DNA from: Felis catus
Taxonomy: Eukaryota
Direction of reading: 5' to 3'
Assembly (NCBI RefSeq): GCF_018350175.1
Contig: NC_058368.1
Coordinates: forward strand, 96,102,001-96,166,000
Length of the DNA: 64,000 bases
Shown in pieces: positions 50,931 through 62,730 of this stretch (position 1 is the first letter of the stretch; every line of letters starts with the position of its first letter). The notes below the pieces were generated by a model that worked only from the letters and a program-made list of their open reading frames with translations, did no database searches and was not told where the DNA came from. A program made the translations under genes and the position numbers.

Positions 50931-52787
50931 TTTATTTTCCTTTCTATAATTTATTTATTTTTTATAATTTACATCCAAGTTAGTTAGCACATGGTGCAAC
51001 AGTGATTTCAGGAGTAGATTCCTTAAGCCCCTTACCATTTGGCCATCCCCCTCCCACAACCCCTTCAGCAACCCTCTATTTGATCTCTATATTTAAGACT
51101 CCCTTCTGTTGTGTCCCCCTCCCTGTTTTTATATTACTTTTTCTTCCCTTCCCTTATGTTCATCTGTTTTGTGTCTTAAAGTCCTCATATGAGTAAAGTA
51201 ATATGATTTTTGTCTTTCTCTGACTAATTTCACTTAGCATAATACCCTCCGGTTCCATCTATGTAGTGGCAAATGGCAAGATTTCATTCTTTTTGATTGC
51301 CGAGTAATACTCCATTGCATGTATATACCACATCTTCTTTATCCATTCATCCATCAATGGACATTTGGGCTCTTTCCATACTTTGGCTATTGTGGATAGT
51401 GCTGATATAATCATTGGGGTGCATGTGCCCCTTCGAAAGAGCATACTTGTATCCCTTGGATACATACCTAGTAGTGCAATTGCTGGGTCATAGGGTAGTT
51501 CTAGTTTTAATTTTTTGAGGAACCTCCATCCTGTGTTCCAGAGTGGCTGCACCAGTTTGCATTCCCACCAGCAGTGCAAAGAGATCCTCTTTCTCCACAT
51601 CCTCACCCACAACTGTTGTTGCCTGAGTTGTTAATGTGAGCTATTCTGACAGGCATGAGGTGGAATCTCATTGTGGTTTTGATTTATATTTCCCTGATGA
51701 TGAGTGATGTGGAGCATTTTTTCATGTGTCGGTTGGCCATCTGGATGTCTTCTTTGGAGAAGTGTCTATTCATGTCTTTTTCCCATTTCTTCACTGGATC
51801 ATTTGTTTTTTGGGTGTTGAGTTTGATAAGTTCTATATAGATTTTGGATACTAACCCTTTATCTGATATGTCACTTGCAAGTATCTTCTCCCATTCTGTC
51901 GGTTATCTTTTAGTTTGCTGATTGTTTTATTCACTGTGCAGAAGCTTTTTATTTTGATGAGATCCCAGTAGTTCATTTTTGCTTTCGTTTCTGTTGCTTC
52001 CAGAGACATGTTGAGTAAGAAGTTGCTGCGGCTGATTTCAAAGAGGTTTTTGCCTGATTTCTCCTTGAAGATTTCAATGGCTTCCTGTCTTACATTTAGG
52101 TCTTTCATCAATTTTGAGTTTATTTTTGTGATTGGTATAAGAAAGTGGTCCAGGTTCATTCTTCTGCATGTAGCTGTCCAGTTTTCCCAGCACCACTTGC
52201 TGAAGAGACTGTCTTTATTCCATTGGATGTTCTTTCCTGCTTTGTTAAAGATTAGTTAGCCATACATTTGTGGGTCCATTTCTGGGTTCTCTATTCTGTT
52301 CCATTGATCTGATGTCTGTTCTTGTGCCAATACCACCATACTGTCTTAATGATTACAGCTTTGTAATAAATCTTGAAGTCCAGGATTGTGTTGCCTCCTG
52401 CTTTGTTTTTCTTTTTCAAGATTGCTTTGAAATCGACATTTTAACAATATTTTTTTCTTCCTATCCAGGAGCATAGAATATTTCTCCATTTTTTTTATGT
52501 CGTGTTCAATCTCTTCCTAAGTTTTCTATAGTTTCAGTGTATAGATTTTTCACCTCTTTGGTTAGATTGTAAATGGGATTGATTCCTTGATTTCTCTTTC
52601 TGTTGCTTCATTGCTGGTATATAGGAATACAACTGATTTCTGTGCATTGATTTTATATCCTGCGATTTTGCTGAATGCAGGGACCAGTTTTAGTAGGTTT
52701 TTTTTGGTGGAATCTTTTGGGTTTTTCATATAGAATATCATGTCATCCATAAAGAGTGAAAATTTGACCTCCTCCTGGCCAATTTGG
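50931..52787 (-). mobile_element. 5'-truncated felid L1 with the same 3' UTR type as 3355-10355
   Basis: 3' UTR tttacatccaagttagttagcac; [14 protein letters not shown] and [12 protein letters not shown] aga(g)gcatactca at 50918-50930 versus agagtcatactca at 52788-52800 (12/13). Confidence 0.96.
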
Positions 52788-52853
52788 AGAGTCATACTCA
52801 GTCCTAAGTGCTGTTGACTTAAATCTCTACTGTCCTTCCACTTGTATTGGACA

Positions 52854-52885
52854 GTTTGTTTGTTTGTTTGTTTGTTTGTTTGTTT
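52854..52885. repeat. (GTTT)n microsatellite
   Basis: Read directly. Confidence 0.95.
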
Positions 52886-53199
52886 AAGTGAGACCCACTG
52901 TTAAGTGATGATGAAGTTAATAAAAGCAGACCTGAAGTAAATCCCTTGGTTGGAATTATTCAAAGAGGACTATAAACATCTAGTTAGTAAATTATATGAA
53001 ATAGTGGGAAAACTAGAAAATATGCAGGAACAAATGGACAATTTCTGCTCAAAAATGAGTTATAAACATTAATAAAAGAGAATGTCATAAGTTGGAGATA
53101 GATGAATAATTCTTTCAATGACCTTATTAACAAAATGAATACAAAAAGATAAAGCACTAGGGACTCTAATGGCCAACCAATTAAAATGATCTACATGGA

Positions 53200-53419
53200 G
53201 AGGTGTGTGGGTGGCTCAGTCAGTTAAGTGGTCAACTCTTGATGTTGGCTCAGGTCATGATCTCATGGTTTATGGGTTTAAGCCCCACATTGGGCTCTGT
53301 GCTGATAATGTGGTGCCTGCATGGGATTCTCTCTCCCACCCCCTCTCTTCCCCTCCCCAACTCATGCACTGTCTCTGTCAAAAATAAAATAAATAGACAT
53401 TTTAAAAAAGATAAATAAA
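53200..53419 (+). mobile_element. Can-SINE (first of a tandem pair)
   Basis: gggtggctcagtcagttaagtggtcaactcttgatgttggctcaggtcatgatctc. Confidence 0.94.
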
Positions 53420-53650
53420 GGGATGCTTGAGTGGCTCAGTCAGAGAAGTGTCCGACTGTTTGTTTCTGCTCAGGTCATGATCTTACGGTTCATGAGTTCA
53501 AGCCCTGCTTGGGCTTGGAGCTGACAGTGCAGAGCCTGCTTGGGATTCTGTCCCTCTCTGTCCCTCTTTCACTCATCCTCTATATCTCTTTCTCAAAACA
53601 AATAAATAAAAACTTGAAAAAATATTTAAAAAATAAAAATAAATAAAAAT
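53420..53650 (+). mobile_element. Can-SINE (second of the tandem pair)
   Basis: gggatgcttgagtggctcagtcag..catgagttcaagccc, followed by an A-rich tail. Confidence 0.94.
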
Positions 53651-53927
53651 AAAATGATCCATTTGGAAAAGAAGCAAAACTATGGGAGTGAAAATACAAC
53701 ATAGAATGGAATAACTAACACTTGTAGGCAATATCATACAGGGTAACACAAGAATAAATGAAGTCCTAAAGGGAGAGGAGTGGGAGAATCAGGCAGAATA
53801 AATATTTAAAGAGATAATGGAGGAGAATTTTTACCATTTCTTACAAATTTAAACAATGTGTTTCACAAGATTTAGCATTCTCACAACTAGATATACCCAA
53901 GACAAATGAAAAATTATACCTACTCAA

Positions 53928-54080
53928 GGGTCCCTGGCTGGCTTAGTTGGTATAACACATGACTCTCAGTCTCAGGGTCATGAGTTCAAGCCCCACATTG
54001 GGCATGGAACCTACCAAAAAAAAAAAAAAAAAAAGAAAAAGAAAAGAAAGAAAGAAGAAAAAAAAGAAGAAAAAGAAAAG
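53928..54080 (+). mobile_element. Short tRNA-like Can-SINE variant (no CT tract) with a long A-rich tail
   Basis: gggtccctggctggcttagttggtataacacatgactctcagtctcagggtcatgagttcaagccccacattggg followed by poly(A). Confidence 0.88.
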
Positions 54081-55732
54081 ACAAAGTATGCTCACTAAAT
54101 ATTTTTGGCAATTTGATTCACAACCTCCACAAACTAGAAAGGACCGAAATGTCACTTTGGTGGTAAATGGATACAAAAATTGTGCTAACATTTATATAGT
54201 GGAATAATCCTCAGCATTCAAAAGGAGCACTCCTGATACATTCAACAAAATGTTTGAATCTCAGAAGCAAGATGGGGAATGAAAGAAGCAATGTGATTCC
54301 ATCCAGCATTCTGGAAGAAATCAGATCAGGGAGAGAATGGGAGAAGAGGAACTCCTCTCCAATGTACAGTTATAAAAGAACTTAGAAGGAAATTTGTAAC
54401 TGTTAAAAGGAAACGTTTTGGAGTGAAGAAAATATCTTAAATTTTCCTTTCAGAGGCAGAAAAGTGACTATATAATTGTCAAGTCTCATTGAGCTATATA
54501 CTAAAGAAAGGACAAATTTTCTTATAAGTAAATGATACTTGAGTAAACGTAACTTGAATTATTTGGGAGAAATTAAGGAAAGTGTGAAAGTCCTAGATGG
54601 AAATATTTTGATACAATAAGGTCTCCTGAGCACATTTTTTCTCCTAAAATTAAGGGGAAGTCATGTCTTAATAAGTGGAACCTCTTAGATTTATTAGTTC
54701 ACTGATATGTTAGAAAATAGCCAAAGTGGGATTTTAGCTACAACTCCAGAGAATAGTTTTTGAAGAGCTGTCAATGAACTAGAAATAATAAAGTGACAGA
54801 CGTGTAGGAAGAATCCACACATTGTGATAACACTTCTTATCTGTAGTACTTTGTCTTTAAAATGGTTCTAAGACCTTTAACAATTTTTTAAATGGTCCCC
54901 TAGGAATCTTTGGAAAGACATGATCTTGTAAGTTACATTGAATCGCCTCAATTGATTATGAAGAAGATAGGAAGTTACAGTTGAGAAGAAAAAGGGTTAT
55001 TTTACTTCTTAAAAACATGATAATTGTTATTAAAAGATTTGTGTCTTTTGACCCAGAATTTCACTCTATACATCTAAAATAAGGAAGAAATAGAGAAAAT
55101 CTTTTCAAAGGAATTAGAACATTTATAAGTATTAATTTCCATAGTAAAAGTTTGAAGTGTCATAATTTTTATACTGCCCAACTCTATAAATTATTATGAA
55201 AAGTGTGATTAACATCAATACATCATGTTCTCTTTAAAAAATAATTAAAAAGGTTATATATTAACATGAAAAGTTTAAGGCTATAATGTTAATACATATC
55301 AAGGCGAACACAAGGTTAGATGTGAAATGTGATTATAATTATGTCAAAAACAAGTACAGCAGTTGTTTTAGGACTGAAAGAGTAATGAATATGCCATTTT
55401 CTTTATTTTACTTAGTTTTGCATGATACTACAGTTAGCATAAAAAAATGCTTTTGAAAATTTTGTACTTTCACCATTTTGTACCATAAGTAGAGTCCAGA
55501 GGAACAAAGATCATATGTTAAGTCACAGCTCTGAGCTAAAGGCTTTATTCTTGTGTGAGCAGCAAGGTTGGCTCTAGGTGAGAAAAGATAACTGAAAGAG
55601 GGGATGGTTCCAAGAGAAAGATGGCTAAGATGGTTTTCATGCATCAACTTTTGCTCTTACTGAGGTTTCTCCTCTGTTGCAGGCTGTAGGACAATGCATA
55701 TTAACAATCGGAATTTGCACTCCTGTTGTTAC

Positions 55733-56320
55733 ATGGGTTATCTACTGCTGTGTAACAAATTATCCCAAAACTTACCAGCTTAGAACAAGAAATATCCTAT
55801 ACCTCACAGTTTTTGTGTTTCAAGAACCTGAGTGTGACTTAGTCACTTAGTGTGACTTAGCTGCAAGCCTCTGTCTCAAGACTTCATGAAGTCACATTCA
55901 GGATGGCAGCAGGGTTTGCAACCAAATCAGTAGATTTGACTGAGCAAGAGGCATCTGTTTGCAAGCCTACGTGGTTGGAACCAGGCCTTGGCTCCTAAAC
56001 ATGAGAGTTCCATCATAGGCTGATTGAGAATCCTCATGACATGGAAATTTGTGGAGAGGGGAGGGGAGAGTGAAGACAGAAGGACCGAGAGAGAGAGAGA
56101 GAGAGAGAGATGAGAGAGGGAAAGAAAGAGAGAGAAATCACCCAAGATGGAAGTCACAGTCTTTTTATAACTTTAAACGAAGCACTATACCTCTTCTGCC
56201 AAGTTCTGTAAATCTAGCCCACATTCAAGGGGAAAAGATTACATACAGGCATCAATACTAGAATACAGAATGACAGGGTGAGGTGATATGGGGGGAGGGG
56301 TCATTTTAGAGTTTGCTTCT
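55733..56320 (-). mobile_element. MaLR LTR (MLT1F-like) containing (GA)n
   Basis: gttatctactgctgtgtaacaaattatcccaaaacttaccagctta..cccaagatggaagtcacagtctttttataac..cattcaaggggaaaagattacatacagg. Confidence 0.85.
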
Positions 56321-56520
56321 GTCTTTAGGTTTTCCTTTCCCTTCTAAGGTTCACCCTGACCCTGTAGGAAATCTTGGACCTTTTCCACCTGGCTTACTCC
56401 TGTGCAGGCTGACACACACACACACACATGCTAATATGATCATTTTTAATCTTGATTACTGACATTCACACATTGATACTTCAAGTCAGATTTCTTCCTC
56501 AATGTGTTAACACTCCTTTT

Positions 56521-56583
56521 TAAAAAAAAAATTTAATGTTTTTTTTTTTTTTGACAGAGAGAGACAGAGTACAAGCAGGAGGG

Positions 56584-56637
<54 letters not shown>

Positions 56638-56743
56638 GAATCCAAAGAAGCCCCGCGTCAGACTGTGTGCTGACAGCTCAGAGCCTGGAGCCTGCTTTGG
56701 GCTCTTTGTCTCCCTCTTCTCTCTGACCCTCTCCTGCACTTAT

Positions 56744-56789
<46 letters not shown>

Positions 56790-56816
56790 AGAAATAAAAG
56801 CATTAATTTTTTTTAA
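56521..56816. mobile_element. Fused inverted pair of headless Can-SINE 3' halves: minus 56521-56647, plus 56648-56816
   Basis: Left half: T tail, (AG)n, acatagaatccaaag. Right half: aagccccgcgtcag..gagcctgctttgggctctttgtctccc, (CT)n, tail. Confidence 0.92.
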
Positions 56817-57479
56817 AGTATACTTTCATACTGTTTACATTGGGCAATGAATAAAAAATGAGAGGCAACATATACTGAACTGATTTGTGTTGAGTAGCAT
56901 AAAACTTGTCATTATATAATTTATTTCTATAAATTTATAAATATATACATATTTATAATTTATATAATAGATTGGAAGAATGTATTGTGAGGACTGAATG
57001 CCTAAAAATGTAAAGCATATACACGGATATAATCCAGAGTGTAGGCAGTAGATGCTAGAGGTGATCTCAACCAATCCTAGATATTTCTTAGTGCGGAAAT
57101 AGAAATTAAACAACTTAGTCTAGAACCCCAACCCCAACTTGAACTTTGTGGGATTAAAAAATAACCCAAAGTCCTAATATTTGACTTCATTCAAGAATGA
57201 GAATGACATAAGCTTATTCAAATAAGACTCTTTTGGATTATGTATGTGATCTACTACCATAAAACTCTGCCAGTCTGCTCCAGTGGGTAGTTGTGATCAC
57301 ATTTGTACATGATTCGTGAATATTGTTTTATTTTCTTCTCCCCTAACTACCCAACCCTTATTTTGAAAGAGCACAGTCTTTTGTAGAATTGTTCACTCCT
57401 TCTCCCCACTATAGTTTCTATCTCTTGAGAGAATGTCCATTTCCTTTGATAACCTCTCTTTTTTCATCCAAATGGAGTG

Positions 57480-57860
57480 AGGGAACCTGAGTCGCGTTGA
57501 GACATTCATCATGGACTATCCTGTTGAACAGTCATTGACTTAACATTGGGCATGTGGGAGCCAATCAGAGCTTCACTCTGTGACATTTCGAATAAGCTAA
57601 AATGAAGAGCTCTTTCTTTCCATGTGGCAAAGGTGAGATGAAAACCTTGAGCTGCCTACAGCTGTCTGCATTCCAGAGTCATGGAATTGGTGGTGTTAAT
57701 CATGCAGACTCAGACAGGAGCCAGAGAGCACCCCTGAGACTTTCATGTCCTTGGCGTCAGTCACCTCTTGCTCATACAGGTTACATGGTGAATAACCCCC
57801 CCCCTTTTTTTTTTAATCTAAGCTCAGTTAAGTTAATGTTACCAGATATCATCACATCTT
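57480..57860 (+). mobile_element. Ancient MaLR LTR (MLT1K/L-like)
   Basis: tgggcatgtgggagccaatcagag..gttacatggtgaataaccc..ctaagctcagttaagtt. Confidence 0.5.
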
Positions 57861-57954
57861 AGCTCATGCAGAAATATTCATGTTTATACAAGTAAGAGTG
57901 TTTAGGTGAGCCTTCAGAATAATGGTATTAATTTAAAAAGGGAAAACAGATATG

Positions 57955-58200
57955 GTTATAGTTTTTTGAGAGCCCACTACATGCCAGGTGCTGAACCATG
58001 GCTTGAATATATATGGATAAACCTTTACAAATAATACCTTGGTGAGATTTTTTGAAATCCTGTGAGGCAGGAATTATTCTTTTCATTTTACTAATGACTA
58101 CACGGACTGGGAATAGGGGTGGCGGTGGCTGAACTTACTTCAGGATGCATCGTCAATGCAGAGTCAGAATGGGAACTAATATCTGTCTGACTCCAAGTCT
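57955..58200 (-). mobile_element. MIR
   Basis: gagagcccactacatgccaggtgct..cctgtgaggcaggaattattcttttcattttac..tctgtctgactccaa. Confidence 0.7.
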
Positions 58201-60477
58201 ATGGGAAGCCATGAGTACCCAGCTATTCTATAGGCAGTAGAGGATGAATACATTGGGTTTGTGTGCTTTTGTGTGTGTTTTTAAAGCAGGATGTACCTTT
58301 GTGAGATGCCTTTAGAATAGGAGTCTTTATAGCAGTGTGTAGAAATGGAAGAGAGAAGGGCCAGGCATGTGTGAAGAAGGCATTCAGAAACCGCCAGAAA
58401 CAGTTCATGTGTGCAGTGATACTGGGGAACGTTTACAGTAAGTAAGATGACAGGGCTATGAGTGTCAGAAGCTTCCCACTGTCTGTGAAATGCAGGGCCA
58501 GATTTTGTATGCACAGTTTACTATTCTCCAGAAGGAGTGTATTATAGAAACTCTGATTGTGAAGGTAAATATCTAAGGGGTATTTTTGTTTTTGTTTTTT
58601 TGCCCGACCATGCCTTATATCAGCAAAACCATCTTTTGCCTCTAGAACAGTAAGTTAAAGATGCAAGGCTCCCTGAAGCAGATTCACCGAGGCTCTGCTA
58701 CCCAGCTTGGAATCGCTTGGAACTGCTGAGTTGATTTATAGTTATTACTTGTCCCTAGCCACCCAGTCATCTAGAAAACCACTTAAATCCACAGTTTACA
58801 TCTCATTATTTCTAGTTTCTTCCTCCTTGCTTATAGTTCGGAATCACTCAGAAGATGAGGGATTGATTAATACACTTTATCACAGTCCTAGTAAGGATGA
58901 CACACCTTTACTATCTGTTTGATTTTTCTCTACTTTCTCAGGAAGGAGTGTAATTCAGAGACAGGGCAAAGAGAAATCCCCGAACATCGCGAATTTCAAA
59001 CTTTCAGTCTTCAGCCATATGCTTTATAATATGCCTGAAGAAATTATGTGATTTCAACATAACCTTGTTAAATACCTTGTATGTGTCAGGCATTGTGTTA
59101 CATTTTAGGAGACACGGGGTCCCCAACCTCACTGAGATTTCAGCTTAGTAAGAGATTAAGTTCATGATCTCACTTTACCTGAGATCATTCACTGAATTAA
59201 GACAAAAGATACATTTATGCAGTAAATCAAGAATACACCATTCTCCTCAGACCTGGTGAATTAAAACCAACTTGGAGACTCAAATATCACAAGTACCTTG
59301 CAGGAATTGGTGACAGAAGCAATAGATTTGCTAATTATCATTGAAAGATGGTTAGAACCCACACTGCTCCTGTGAGATATTTCTTCCACAATGATAATTT
59401 GGCTTCACTCTGGACTATCCATATATCAGCTGTCCATCAAGATGGCTTCCTAGGTTCTGGGGCTCTTTGTAAATGAAGCTCAGGGCATCAGATGTTAATT
59501 TTTCTGTTCTGCTCCAATGAGGCCCACATGAGTGCAAAAATACAACCTCAACTGAATTTACAGGAAATTGTAATGGAAAGAGGAAGAACTCGTTGTGAGG
59601 TTGTGGCATCACAAGGATTATCTTCAAAGCAAGTCATTATTAGCTTCACATCTGGATTAAATTTGTCAATACCATTGTTCCCAGTAGCGAGTTTATGATT
59701 GTTTTAGTCCAGTTTTGTGTATAGATGCAGAAATGTTCCTATTGACATCAGAGAGGTTCCAGAATTTCCTTAAGGGGGAATCAGGGTTTGAAATCTGGTT
59801 TTGGTTGATCTAAAATAGGTTGTGTTTAATTTGCTTAACACATCATTTAAGTTTTTAAAACAACATGATGGTGTGTGAACAGGAAGGGTGCTTTTGACCT
59901 TGGGAGTGTGACTTGAACCCTCATGGGGTGAGCTCCTCTCACCACTGCCCCTTCTTCTATCAGACAGTCCTTGGAATTCTCATACACTGACATTTTGGGC
60001 TATTTTAGGATATCTAACAAAGTCCAAGTTCAGCCAAGTTTAACACAACTGATTTGAGGCTTTAAATTTCAGTCAACTTTCAATTATTTTATCTTCCTAA
60101 TATCAAACAAACATCCTAACTGAAATGTTCACAGAAGTAACAGAATTGGTCAATTGTGACACTAGATAATAGTAGCCCAAAGCTACACTGCTACATTTAG
60201 AATGTGCAACCATATTAAAACCAAATATACAATTTAATCATTTGTAAAAATCAAAGCAAGTCATGGAAACTATTTCAGAGCTTATCTAGAAATTAGTGGG
60301 AATTGTAAATTTCCAAAAATGACATTTTTTCCTGTATAAATGAATTTTAGCAAATTAATTTGGTCTCTCTACAGTGAATTCTCTCCAGTTTAAAATTATC
60401 GCTCATAGAATTATAAAGAGATAACATCTCCTTTAGGCAATGAAAAGAGCTTTTACTGAGTGCATACTGCAAACTTT

Positions 60478-60690
60478 TAATGATAGCTCATATTTACTGA
60501 GTGTTTCTAATGTGCCCAGCACTACAGACTAGCATTTCACATATTTTTTTACTATTCATTATTTTTTATGAGAAAATGGAAATACAGATAGATAGAGAAA
60601 TTTGACCAGGGTGATGCATAAGAACTGAAGCCATAATTTAAGCTGGGTCAAGCTGAATTCAGAATATTTGCTGATAACTCCAATCCTAAA
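60478..60690 (-). mobile_element. MIR
   Basis: atagctcatatttactgagtgtttctaatgtgcccagcact..atgagaaaatggaa. Confidence 0.65.
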
Positions 60691-60774
60691 TGGTCTCTTT
60701 TCTGGGAATCATGGAGAAGACAGAACGATGTAACTCATTATAATGACTCATTGGTAAAGTTGCGTTTAATAAAG

Positions 60775-62480
60775 AAACTCATAATCTAATAAATTTTTTT
60801 GCCATATTTTTTCAGTCTTGGCCATTGGGAGCTCTTTCTGTAGGCATATGTGTGATTATCCCCATCTTTAACAGACCGTCATTTTTGTGATTTTGTTTTG
60901 AGCACTTCCTTACTTTATGACACTATAAGGTATCCGAAGTTTATCTTGTATATTTCTGTCCCAGAGCTAGAATCATCTCTGTCTCTTAGAACACTAGTTC
61001 TTTCATTGGAGAATGGTATTAGAAGCCAAGACTTGGATAATAGCTGTGATAGGTATCATTGTCATGGCCCTCTCAGCAGACAAAGCAAGAAATCTTGTGT
61101 GTGTGTGCTAACTCATGTTAACATATCTGTGAATATTTGTGTATATATCCATCTGTGTCTAGGTTAAGCTAGGCACATAAGGTCATACCAATGCCTTCAA
61201 CTCTGGGTTCATTGTTACATGGAAAGTTGTAGCCTTCTTCCCTTGATTGTCTATAACTTCCTACTCCAGCAGGGAGAAACCTGTCTCCTACCGTCAGCCA
61301 TCCGTTTACTTGTGTAAGTATACATGTGTTGTGTTTTCTTATCAGAGTATTCATTATATCCTAAGATCCTCTGGCTTCCTAAATGATTTTGTTTTAATTG
61401 CATACATCAGGATTCACTCTTTATGCTACAGAGTTTTAGGGATTTTCAAAAATTCACAGTACCGGGCATTCACCACTGCAGTATCATGAAGAATAGTTTC
61501 ATATTTAAATTAATGTTAGAAAGCACACACATCTCCAGCACCAATGAATTTCAAATAAATTATGTAGATATTCCACCTTCAAGGAGATAGAGCATAACTC
61601 ACCATTCCTTAAATGTGCGTTGCACCTAGTGATTCCCTTCCCAAAGGTATAGTAACTGTACAGTGGAGACTCCTTCAAACACTACCATAGCCAAGTGGTC
61701 AAGATCATCACATCAACAATGTAAATCATGTGGTGAATCATGTTAGTGTCATGTACCATCGATGTGCTAGGAATGGCCCTTTATCTCTGTGACCTTCTTC
61801 CCAAATATCCATAATCCCAGTCTAATCATGAGAACAATAACAGATAAAACCCACTTGAGGGATGTTCTACAAAATATCTCATTAGTACTCCTCAAAATTG
61901 TCACAGTCATTGGAAACGAAGCAAGTCTGAGTAATTGTCACAGTCTAGAGGAGCCTCAGGAGACAGGATGACCAAGTACAATGTGGTATCCTGGCTGGGA
62001 CCCTGGAACAGAAAAAGGACATTAGGTAAAAAATAAGAAAATCTGAATAAACTATGAACTTGAGTTCATAATGGCTTTTCAGTATTGGTTCATAAATTTT
62101 GACCAAATTACTATATGTATGTAAGATGCTCACTATAGAGGAAACTGGGAGGGGAATACATGGAAACTTTCTTTATTATCTTCACAACTTTTATGTAAAT
62201 CTAAAACTTTTCTTTTGTTAAGTTAATTTATTTATTATTAGGGAAAGAGAGCATGAGCATGAGCATGGGAGAGGCAGAGAGAGAGAGTGAGAGAGAGAGA
62301 GAGAGAGAATGAATTCCAAGCAGGCTCCATGCTGTTAGCACAGAGTCCAATGTGGGACTCAAATTCATGAACCATGAGATTGTCATAACTGGACCCCAAA
62401 TCAAGAGTTGGACGCTTTACGAACTGAGCCAGTCAGACACCCCTAGAACTATTCTAGTATAAAAATTTTTATTTCTAAAA
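60775..62480 (+). mobile_element. Old L1MC/L1MD 3' UTR with a 5' inversion: ~60775-61500 inverted, ~61505-62480 forward
   Basis: Inverted part ggccattgggagctcttt..gagcacttccttacttt..ttggagaatggtattag. Forward part caaataaattatgtagata..cccagtctaatcatgagaa..ctggaacagaaaaaggacattagg..tgtaaatctaaaact. Confidence 0.85.
62212..62443 (-). mobile_element. Can-SINE inserted in the L1 3' end
   Basis: Standard body; TSD ctaaaacttttct / ctagaactattct. Confidence 0.93.
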
Positions 62481-62589
62481 AGTAGCATAGAGTATGAAGA
62501 ATAACTTTTAAGGAACACAGATTAACTTCTTCTAAATTGCTTCATTTTTATCAACATGATGATGAGAAATTTCATGGAAAGAGTAACTC

Positions 62590-62730
62590 TTAGCGAAGAA
62601 ACAGACTGTTAACTATAGAGAACTGACAGTTATCAGAGGGTTGGTGGGTAAGAGCTTGGGGGGAAATTCAGAATGGAAATTAAAGAATACCCTTATCCTG
62701 ATGGAAAAAAAAATGATAAAAAATAATAAT
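62590..62730 (+). mobile_element. Short carnivore L1 3' stub
   Basis: aagaaacagactgttaactatagagaactgacagttatcagaggg..attaaagaatacc followed by an A tail. Confidence 0.7.

Larger units (their letters stand above)
50245..54550 (+). mobile_element. Ancient L1MC/L1MD-like element (5' UTR, ORF1 and 3' remnants) hosting later insertions
   Basis: 5' UTR-like agaccatcagaaagtagaggtcataagg; ORF1-like aatatgcaggaacaaatggacaattt and gcagaataaatatttaaagagataatggaggagaatttt; 3'-like text at 54100-54545. Confidence 0.6.

Noticed and set aside
53928..54015. tRNA gene
   Set aside because: A tRNA-derived SINE head with an extended body and poly(A) tail; no clean cloverleaf. The same applies to the other SINE heads.
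11085..62443. Recurring ~220-bp units or short tandem units as a CRISPR-like array
   Set aside because: Irregularly dispersed Can-SINEs with TSDs; no repeat-spacer periodicity, no cas genes, and the context is eukaryotic.
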